Shown here: piece after piece, positions 23,845-32,658 of the stretch
How the letters are laid out: the number at the start of each line of letters is the position of its first letter
Position numbering within the stretch: position 1 is the first letter of the stretch
DNA from: Bigelowiella natans CCMP2755
Taxonomy: Eukaryota > Protista > Cercozoa
NCBI GenBank assembly: GCA_000320545.1
Contig: ADNK01000613.1
Coordinates: 1-32,658, forward strand
Length of the DNA: 32,658 nt
Direction: 5' to 3'
The notes under the pieces: model-generated
Databases searched by the model: none
Told to the model about the DNA's origin: nothing
The model's input: only the letters and a program-made list of their open reading frames with translations
Program-made: the position numbers and the translations under genes

Positions 23845-24060
23845 ATATATACATATGGAGGGGAGGGGAAGGGATTGTCACATCATGACTCTGGTCAAAT
23901 ATTTCTCGAAATCATCCACCAATCTCAGGTGTCGTACGGCTTGCTTTTCCACTCGGTGGAGCTGCTCAAAACCAACGCGCTGTTGGTAGCTCGATCCAGG
24001 AAGGGAAAGAAAGTCCCAGGAGGGAAAAACAGCACAGGCAAGCAAAAGGAGGCAGCATGA
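19784..24060 (+). CDS. Sec14-like lipid-binding protein (CRAL-TRIO-N + CRAL-TRIO + GOLD-like), ~426 aa, 17 exons
   Basis: Exons: 19784-19885, 19981-20088, 20214-20285, 20518-20558, 20670-20730, 20961-20996, 21177-21267, 21518-21541, 21830-21881, 22066-22167, 22413-22490, 22609-22693, 22902-22953, 23163-23306, 23470-23516, 23743-23796, 23929-24060. Motifs: DDITLYRFLSGKKW, MLQWR, HGFDKMDRPI, IVDMGG, DQECYPE, NAPWVF..VKGWIDPTTREKI, RFGG, and GOLD-like GVLRFILDN. The start could extend upstream, as possible exons lie near 19430-19590. Confidence 0.87.
22198..22229. repeat. Perfect 32-bp palindrome formed by head-to-head (ATG)n/(CAT)n triplet repeats
   Basis: ATGATGATGATGATGA|TCATCATCATCATCAT in Sec14 intron 10. 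Confidence 0.9.
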
Positions 24061-25230
24061 ATAGGCGGGGGGAAGAGGGAGTTCTTTTGCAAGGAGGAAG
24101 AAGCGAAAGGAATTTAAAAAGAAAGAGAGATAAACGAGCTGATTAGAAATACGAAATACTCCAACACGTCAGACGTGCTGCGGGGAGGAACAAGATCTGT
24201 GCGAAAGTGAAGGTAGTTCTCAATGGAGACAACTGCACAGAATTGTTTCATACGTCACGGTCACGTAATCATTATTAAATACTCAGCTGTAGTCGCGAGA
24301 ACACTTTGCTCACGTGCCCAGTCTAGCAGTGCTAGCAGTGATGCATGCTGTTCATGTGCGCGGAACAATGCCGTTGTCCAGCCATAATTTCTACGTTGCT
24401 ACAAGCACACCTGCATATAATAAATGCACTATGTGCATGCAGCGTTTTGCTGTGTAACGCGTGTACTTAATCGCTTTTGTTTCTAGAAATCGAATAATTA
24501 CCTCAGCTGCAGCGCGCTCAAAGATCGGCTACAGATGTATGACTAGATGATATGGATCCAGTCATGTGCATTAATTTTGCTTATCATTGCGCAGTGAACT
24601 GTTTGATGTGACTGTCCGATATGTGACTGTTTCTGTCCAAATGGCCATGCGACAAGTGATGGAAAATTGTACAGACGAACAAAGGACTTCTGCAATGCAC
24701 AAGACTATGGCTTAAAAGCAGCAGGCTAGCAGGTTGAGCATCTAGATTTATGAACATTTAAAATGAGCATTAAAAATGGGGCGGTAACCATCCATCAGAT
24801 ACACAGATGGAATCTATCGTTGGTACGATTAATCAACGAATGCGTCTAATGTACTCGAATCACCAGCCTCGGCATTGCGATTGTGGTACATAGATGTGTG
24901 TGTGAGTAACGACCTCCCTAGCTAATAATTTGAACCAAAACTGCAGCAAGAAAGATAGGTGCAAACCCAAATAGAAGAAATATTGTTGAAAGAGCTAGGA
25001 AGTGAGGTTGGGAGAAGTAAAAAGGATCGTTCGACGACAAAATTTTGGAGACCTTCGCTGCCATTTTCTCTCTCTCTTCTTCTGCGTCCTTCTTTTTCTT
25101 CCCCTCTCGTTCAAGCATCCAGGCCATTATCCTCTTCAGCTTCTTCGGGCAAAATCTTTGGAGAGTATTGCAGCTCCCGTGGTACCTTTTCAATGTTGTA
25201 GCCGCTCAGTAGATTCTTCGATTCTGAGGA

Positions 25231-25740
25231 ATGCCAGAAAGAAGCTGGGCTCGAGGGCAATTATTGAAGCACCTTTTGTTTTGGAAACGGATGGGGATCA
25301 TACCCTGCGACATCAAAATATTACCGGGTTCTTCTACGACAGAGCATGTCGTTTTGATAGTGCGACATGAAACGGTACTCCCTCCTCTTCCGCATGGCTA
25401 CCGTCGGCACTTACAATGCTACATACAAGCACTACGGGGTCATTACGAGTCACAAATCAATCAATGCGAAGAAAGGACGATGATGAGGATTATGAGGATG
25501 ATGAGGATGATGATGATGCATGAAGATGTGATAGCACATCGCTTAGCAACAACAGATAACATCAGTTTTGCTTGCTCTTCTATTTAGTTTTAACGATTGA
25601 TCCTATTCAATTTCTCTGCCCCCCTCCCCAGCCCGAATCTGTGCTTCTCATATACTCAGCAACAAGGTGATGTCTTTTCTGGCAAATGCGTGGGGCCTAT
25701 GCGACTTGAACAACATAATAGCAGCGTACGCCAGGCGTGA
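25231..25740 (+). CDS. Possible short hypothetical gene or gene remnant
   Basis: The ORF from 25231 has a GT donor at ~25377, an (ATG)n-containing, pyrimidine-ended intron-like segment, and an in-frame acceptor at 25659 leading to QQGDVFSGKCVGPMRLEQHNSSVRQA*. No homology was recognised and alternative minus-strand readings exist. Confidence 0.2.
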
Positions 25741-26318
25741 ATACACAACATGCACTTCGTTTAAGTTTCAGGCGAACTGGATGTATGTTTCGCTTACATG
25801 CTCTGCAATCTTTATCTTGAAAACCAATGCAATTACATTTAATTCGTTTATACCAGAATTATGCATCACATGCATGGATTCAAGCGTCAACATGCACATC
25901 ACCACAGGAAGCAACAAGTTGCGCGACCAAACAAATGTACGGCAGAGCATCAGCTGTTGATTGCTTAGTAGTTGATTAAATTTACGCGCTTGCAGTATGT
26001 TCTGTTGATGAAGATTAAATTTGCTAGTCGCATAAAAATTGGCACATGTAGATTTACATGCCGAGTAGATCTAGCTAGGCCTGGAGGCGATGTCCTGACG
26101 AAACTTATCTAATCAATGTCGCATAATTACCCGTACATACGGCTTCAAATGAGCGGCCTATAAGATGCCACATTACACAATTTGGATAATTGTAACCATG
26201 CATAGCAGACATTCTAACTCTGCTATTTCGTTGTATAACGCAATATGGTAATTTAAACATCCCGATGCAGCAAATCTGCACATGCTGCTTCTCTTCCTCT
26301 TAAAAAAAGCGATGCATG

Positions 26319-27721
26319 TCATCTCCTTCGACGAAGCCGCAAGAAAGATATTGCTACTGCAACAGTTCCTACCGCAAAGGCAGTAAATGCTGCCCCTAGT
26401 TTCAATCGTCGAGAATTTTTTCTCTCCTCTACAAGGCCACATACAAACTCCCTCCATCTAAGCGGTATCCAGTTATCGAAGTAGTCCCTCCCCGCTGATG
26501 AAGGCTTCTGCTCCACAACTCGGATCTCAAAGGGCCCTTCCATCATCTGCTTCCGGTCGTCTTTCCATGAGAAGCAACCCGCACCAGCACTTGCATAGAA
26601 AGGGTTCAACTCAACTACCTTGATGTCGTCTGGAGCTTGAGAAAGGACTAAGAAATCAATCACGTAGCTTTCGTGTGTCTCTGCAAGTTTGTCGCGGACG
26701 TGCTTCTTGAAATATTGACAAATTTGCTCGCCGATGGCTTTCTTCCTTGAGACTAGCTCTGGAAACACAACGCTTGTGAAGTATTGCGTGGCGGAATTCA
26801 GCTGGCCTTTGTATACAAAGCACCGAAACTCGCCCTCCGGATGATTCACCACCCGTTCGTCCCACTCTCTCAGAACGATCTGGACGTCAAAGAAGTCCTT
26901 TCCATACGAGAGCGCTGCTGATAGGTCCTCAGATATCCTGAATGAGTGAATGAATACCTTCAGCAGTTCCAAGCCTGAACACACCGCCAATGCCCTGTTT
27001 TGAGCACGGATGAACGCCATCACAATTTCGTTAGCGCTGTCGCCACTGTAGACATCTCCCAAAAGGGGTAGGTGCAAGCTTCGGAGCTCATTCTTTACCA
27101 GCTGCTGGTATGCAATCTCAGATGGATTGTAGAGCGCGGAATCCTTCGGAGAACGCGTGTCTAGCTTAGCCATCACCGTGCTGAATTTGTGTTCAGCAAG
27201 AGTCTTGTCAATGCGTGCTGCCAGATGTGTGAGGACTTTAGAGCCGGCGATCAAACCGGGAGCAGTCACTTCAAAGTTCTTACGATTCTGAAAGCATTTT
27301 GCAGTACCGTTTGTCACCCAATCATGCAATCACTGAAAAGTGCAAAGGTGGAGCACAACCTGCGCTCTGACGTATTCCTTGCAAGCGCCAGAGAGCACCT
27401 TGGCCTCCTCAAATGTCAAGTCCACGAAGGCGGTGGGGAAGGTGTGGGCCCTGAGAGTCGAATACCAACTTCTTATTCCAAATTGTTTCTTGTAATAGCG
27501 AATCCTGTAGCTCTGCGCAACCTTCGCCGGAATGCCCATGGCAACAATCTGATTCGTTTTCTCTACATCACCAACGCGACATTTGAGAAATAAATATCTT
27601 CAATATCGACCTGTTCATCCGTGATCCAATGTTTATGCTCAAATCTAGTCCCTGCCATGCTTCTCACGGGGTTAGGCTTTCCCTCTACAGCCGCTGCAGT
27701 GTCCTCCTTTACCAGGTCCAT
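26319..27721 (-). CDS. CDC123/D123-like ATP-grasp protein (R2K-type) with a C-terminal tail anchor, ~422 aa, 3 exons
   Basis: Exons (-): 27721-27611, 27548-27360, 27287-26319, with 62- and 72-nt GT-AG introns in phase 0. Motifs: WY..L..HTFPT, AKLDTRSPKD, SFRISEDL, IVLREW, EFRCFVYKGQLNSATQY, YVIDF, VVELNPF..SAGAGCFSW. The C-terminus is LGAAFTAFAVGTVAVAISFLRLRRRR. Confidence 0.85.
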
Positions 27722-28451
27722 GGAAGATATGTTCCTCCTATGGATGGAATGTGAGGCCGAAAAATATTATGGGAATTTGTTATTATTTATTATAAAAAAG
27801 TCGGCTTTGTCAACACAGATTATCTCCTGGGAAAAGCTCTCGGTACTCGTACCGCATGATAGGTCTAAGTGGAAATAGTAAACTTTGTCGCACAGATAAA
27901 ATTGATGGGATTTCCTAGGATTTCCTGGATTTCCAAGAATTTCCTCCTCCTTCTGGTCAAAGATGGGTATCGTTGTGCTGCGCGTGTCATTGCAATGTTC
28001 AATGTCACGTAGATCTATTCGAAGCGATTGCATGACGCTTTCTTCCTTCGATGACGCCTTTCGTCTCCTTCTCAGGCCAAATCTGGTCCATTTTTCATGC
28101 TTACATTGGCCTAAAAGAGTTGAATTTGAGGTGTTTCGTGAAGAGTGGGAATCATGACGCATGAATGCAGTTCGGAGGATGCTGCCGAACCCAATACATC
28201 GTATGTAATTCTTCCAAAAATCAAGTTCCGGAGGAGCAGCACCCTGGCGCTACTGATCCTAAACCACCGTGTCACCTCCTCCCCGACCTCTACAATCGCT
28301 GCTTGTCCTAGGTAGTAAGTACACGAGAGAGCGCGAGAGAAACGAGAGAGATCTTCACGATTTGCTTGGAGTTGACGAAAGGTGCCCCTTGGCACTTGTT
28401 ACTATGAATTCTGGGTTCTTCGATATAAATCATCATATGTGATACCCCAGA

Positions 28452-29522
28452 ATGAGACTCCCGATGACCTTCAAAGGCTTTGCACGCGAAACGTCCAGTC
28501 TGGCTACTGGCATAGCGTCGGTGGAGATCATAGAGGATCTACTGTATAACCTCTTTTTCTTCAGCACTTTCATGGCACCCGGAGCCCTTGCTCTATATAG
28601 CTGCTACAACTTTCCGATGTTCTCCATTCCCATAGTCTTGGCATATTACACTTCCATTGCTTTGCGTGAATTAGAAACAACTGACGGTTCTCCATCGGAA
28701 CCGTTCTCACGGGACTTTCCGATCTTTACGATGAAGCGCAGGCATCACAGCTTGCGGCTGGTTCGGCCACCATCAGGAAGCCTGGACCCCGCTCGAATGT
28801 CCGAATACCTAAACTCATCGAAAAGCGCTTCCTACGTGTTTGCATGCCATCCTCACGGAGTTGCAGCCCAATGGAGGACCTGGATGGAGGGTCTCATGTA
28901 CACGACGTTTCCAGCTCTCGCTCGAAAGCGTGGTTGGCGTACGTTAGCTGCATCAGTATTGTTCTGGATGCCGCTGGTGCGAGAGATTGTCCTCTGGACG
29001 GGGTGCGTGGACGCGAGCAGGAAGACGGCACAGCTCCAGCTTCAGAAAGGTCGATCCCTGGTCATTCTTCCAGGGGGTGAGGCGGAGCAGCTACGAACAA
29101 AATTCGGTCAAGAGCGTGTCACCCTGAAGAACCGCATGGGCTTTGTAGCGCTTGCGGTGGAGTCCGGGACGCCTCTAGTCCCCGTGTATGTTTTTGGGTG
29201 CAGTGATCTGTATTACACCTTTGGCCCTTTCTTCGGATTCAGAGAAGCTGTGCGGAAGGTGCTCCGGGTCTGTTTGCCTCTCTTTCTAGGTGATTTCGGG
29301 TTGGCACCGCGGCGTGGGGTCAAGGTGACGGTTGTCTTTGGCGACCCAATTCCGGTCAACAGGGTGAAGAGGCCGCGACATGACGCAGCGGACGAACAGA
29401 AAGAACACTTTCGAAGTGTAGTGCAGAAGGTTCATAGAATGTATATAGAGAGACTAGCCAAGCTATTTGATGACGCCAAAGCTGATCTAGGTTTCGAGGA
29501 AAGGAAACTAGTGGTGGAGTAA
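28452..29522 (+). CDS. DGAT2: Diacylglycerol/monoacylglycerol acyltransferase, DGAT2 family
   Basis: A 356-aa uninterrupted ORF with N-terminal hydrophobic segments, YVFACHPHG, PGGEAE, RMGFVALAVESGTPLVPVYVFG and VVFGDPI. An AG sits just upstream (28449-28450), so a 5' exon (28154-28311, in frame) or a 5' UTR intron is possible. Confidence 0.92.
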   Translation: MRLPMTFKGFARETSSLATGIASVEIIEDLLYNLFFFSTFMAPGALALYSCYNFPMFSIPIVLAYYTSIALRELETTDGSPSEPFSRDFPIFTMKRRHHSLRLVRPPSGSLDPARMSEYLNSSKSASYVFACHPHGVAAQWRTWMEGLMYTTFPALARKRGWRTLAASVLFWMPLVREIVLWTGCVDASRKTAQLQLQKGRSLVILPGGEAEQLRTKFGQERVTLKNRMGFVALAVESGTPLVPVYVFGCSDLYYTFGPFFGFREAVRKVLRVCLPLFLGDFGLAPRRGVKVTVVFGDPIPVNRVKRPRHDAADEQKEHFRSVVQKVHRMYIERLAKLFDDAKADLGFEERKLVVE

Positions 29523-30321
29523 GATTATTTCAAATAATTCACTTCCGACTTATATTGAAATCTACGCTCCTATTCCGCTCATCTCTGCTCTTTAAGATCT
29601 TCATGCCTGTATCAAAGATCATCCAATTTTATGATACTTTAATACGGATGTTTGTTACTTTGAGAGAGGCCATGCTAATCTCAATACTGTAAAGGTAGCA
29701 CATGTGATTCAAAGCACAAATGATAGTGTACAGTACGTAGCAGAACGAAATGCTAAAGTAATACTAACACATAGCTGCGTTAAAACTATGAACAAAGCTA
29801 GAAAGGCTAGACGACACACACACGTAGTTCATTGCATAGTAGTTGAAAGCAATGGTGATGCCGCGCGCATATAAGGCTTTCTAGCTTTCAAGATAGTGAC
29901 TAGCCATATCGTATGCTTAGATGTCCCTAATACATTCTTTATGCTGTATGTGCGAACAAGCCGCCTGTTTGGTACTGAAACTATCAACTGACTCCACGCA
30001 CGGCTATCTGGACGGTTGTAAAGCGATGTAACGGACTCTATTCACGCGCGTATGTGTGTGTATCGCGCAGCCTGCGCGATCTCGGTCGCGGGAGCGAGAT
30101 CACTTATTATTCAATTTGTACGATACTCTATGTGCTCTTGGATATCATGTGCACGTGGCTTGCTATGGCAGGGATGTGTGACAAGAAGACATGAAGCTAT
30201 TGCTCTAATCTACAAGGATATACTGTTCTTGAACGGCCGTTGCTAGATAATCGTAACCGACCTTACTCGCTACTACACCTATCGTACGCCGAGCTCCTAT
30301 TTACCAACCCCCTCCGTTCTG

Positions 30322-32376
30322 CTACATCTTGCTTCGGTTGGTATGTGCGGAAGAAGGTGATCGCTGCGGCTGTGATGTGTGGAGGTGAGAGGGCCTTTTC
30401 ATTGATGGTTGGAACGGCGCAGCAGCTGTGGTGGAGTGAGAGACGTTGGACTTGTTCCTCTTCTTCGTCGTACCTGCAACATCGAAAAAGCTTCCATCTT
30501 TCCTGTCCCCCGTGCTTCGTATCGATCCAATTGGTGACGATGATGACGATGATGATGTTGATGCTACAGACGAAGACGACAACGACGAATTTGGAACTCC
30601 TTTGCTACGAGAATTGTCGGGATTCTGTTGCCGCCTCTGCGACATTCGCGGCGGTAGCGGCGGGCGAGGTGGTGGCATTTTAGATGACGATTGGTTTGAT
30701 CTTTTCGCATTCGACTTCTTTTTCTTTCTAGGAATGGATGGTCGTGGCTGCTGCTGCTGCTGCTGCTGACGTCGGCGCTCACGCATCTCACGGATGAAGT
30801 CATCGATCGAATCGGTCCTGCAGTAGAGGAGCAGAGAGAGGTAGAGAAGAAGGAATGAGAGCAGAGCCATCATCATGTGAGACGGCACGCAGGATATACC
30901 TGCCACCGTGTCGCATCATGGGCACACATTTCGAATATTTGTGAGTTGTCTTCCTTGCTGCCATGATCATAATTATCCCCATCACCATCATCATCATCAC
31001 CATCATCATCACACCACTACGTCAACCATTATTCCACACATAATTACCGAGGTGGCCTCTTGAGCAACACTGTGTTCTCCATTTCCATGCGCTTCAGTCG
31101 GTTCATCATACCCTGCAGGTCACGCAACTCCGGATTCATGCCGCTGCTACTGCTACTACCACTGCTACTGCCACTACCACCACCGTTGCTGCTGTTGCTG
31201 CTGCTATGATGATTAGGGGGGTGGGGAGCACGAGGATGCTGATGAAAAGGATGACGAGGAGCTGTTCCTGTGAAAGGCCGAGACGTCTTTTCTGTGGAAC
31301 CCCTACTGCCGTTCATTAGTATTTCTTCGTCGCTGTCATCATCTACACCATCCGTTGCAGTCTTCTTGTTCTTCTTCTTTTTCTGCTTCCGCTGCGTGGT
31401 GACTACATTCCTGGCGACCTTCTGCTGCTTGGATGCTGATGTCGAAGACGACGTTTTTTGCTGAAGTCGCTCTTCTCGCTGCTTCTTGCCCTGAGTCCCG
31501 CCGCCGCCATTGGCCTTGTAGCCGCCACCCCCGCTCCGGCTTCTTCTTCCTCTTCTTTTCTCCCCTCCTTCCACGCTATAGCTTCGACGGGGGAGGCAGC
31601 TTGCGGCGGCGCGGCCCATCTTCATGGTCATCCTTTTTTTCCTGAGGCTCACCTGATCGGACATGCGCCGCAGCAAGCTGCTGCGTTCTCGTCGCATCTC
31701 ATTCACGTTTGCACGCGACGACGGCCTTCTTGGCGGTGTTGCTGAAGAAGCATTTCTGGCATAGCTACTACTTTGCCTATTGCTGCTGCTGTCGTTGGTA
31801 CTGGTACTGCTGCTACTGACAGCTACCCATTCTTTCGTTCCTTTGGGATATCTGAGGGTGGGGGAGGGGGGGGGGGAGGGGGGACAGTAACGACGGTCGT
31901 GGCTTGAATGAAGAACAATTAAAAGTGTCAGGAATCCCCGCTCCTCAAACAGCTAGTTATGTATCCATCATGTGCTTTCCAAAAAAGCAGCAGAATCAGT
32001 GGCATCATGCTGGCAGCAGCGACGACTGGACTTCTCCTAGCAAGGACCTTTTCCTTGTGAAGCTTGTTTCATGCTGGCTCCATGCATGGCCACACGGGCA
32101 CTGCATCGAGCTTCGGAATTCCTACGGGAGGGGTTGGGGCGGACAGAGCACATAACGGAGCATGCTGTGAGACGATGATGCGCGTGAGGATAAACCAACC
32201 ACAGGACACGACAAAGTTGATTTTCAGGTGGTGCTACTGAACACATCGTCGATGCTTCTTGTCCCGTTGCAATGTCGTGGAACGAGCGGCATCATTTGTG
32301 CGTGCGTGTGTGTGTGTGTGTGTGTGTTGGGGGGGGGGGGATTTACCGGCCGATCACTCGGTTAGCTATCATAGAA
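30322..32376 (-). CDS. 3' part of a large low-complexity, likely disordered, basic protein of unknown function
   Basis: In-phase exons (-): 32376-32347 (tentative), 31851-31048, 30817-30322. The product is S/G/K/R/Q-rich with Lys/Arg clusters (KQKKKKNKK, RKKKK). No domain was recognised, and the 5' end probably lies beyond the window. Confidence 0.6.
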
Positions 32377-32658
32377 CTGGGGGAAGGGACTGGGGATAGT
32401 GGGCTGCATGATGCACGATGCTCCATATGGATAGATGCGTGCGAGTCTGGTAGAATGCACATGCACGGTATTACTACCGATGATACTTCAACCATGGTTT
32501 CGTAATTTATATCAAGTAAAAGCTGATAAAGAGGAAAAGTAACAATGATAGAAGTAACAATAGTAATATTTTGAACCTTTATTTAGATCGAATATTACTT
32601 CAGCGATGAGACATATCCCAGGACTTATTCCTGCTCAGGGAATTTAAAAAAAATCCTC

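Noticed and set aside
434-23888. Many ORF-track entries with YIYIYI, CVCVCV, THTHTH, poly-M/L/S/P
   Set aside because: These are translations of intronic microsatellites or antisense frames, not proteins.
24918-25193. Minus-strand ORF with a hydrophobic C-terminus (tail-anchored-like)
   Set aside because: No convincing upstream exon chain or homology. The composition can be explained by a purine/pyrimidine tract.
15329-29522. PfkB, Sec14, ATP-grasp and DGAT2 as a lipid-metabolic gene cluster
   Set aside because: The orientations are mixed, there is no shared pathway logic, and these are common families in a gene-dense genome. No evidence exists without co-expression or conserved synteny.

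Overview
This window is eukaryotic, intron-rich nuclear DNA with GT-AG introns that are often filled with microsatellites. It is most consistent with a chlorarachniophyte alga (Bigelowiella-like), because one gene encodes a green-lineage thylakoid protein with a signal peptide, transit peptide and twin-arginine presequence. I assembled the gene models by hand from splice sites and reading-frame phase. In order they are: the 3' part of a MutS2-like gene (+), an MPH2/TL16.5-like thylakoid lumen protein (-), a tentative RGS-domain protein (+), a ~2 kb palindrome-rich non-coding stretch, a ~1202-aa type I membrane metzincin (+), a PfkB kinase with an N-terminal anchor (-), a Sec14 CRAL-TRIO+GOLD protein (+), a tail-anchored CDC123/R2K-type ATP-grasp enzyme (-), a DGAT2-family acyltransferase (+), and the 3' part of a low-complexity protein (-). 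The best candidate for something undescribed is the metzincin. It joins a bacterial-type reprolysin M12B protease to a Pro/Thr stalk, a SEA-like module, a copper-less phytocyanin domain, a transmembrane helix and a cytosolic WW domain. No tRNA, rRNA, CRISPR array or intact transposon was recognised. All models lack transcript or database confirmation.
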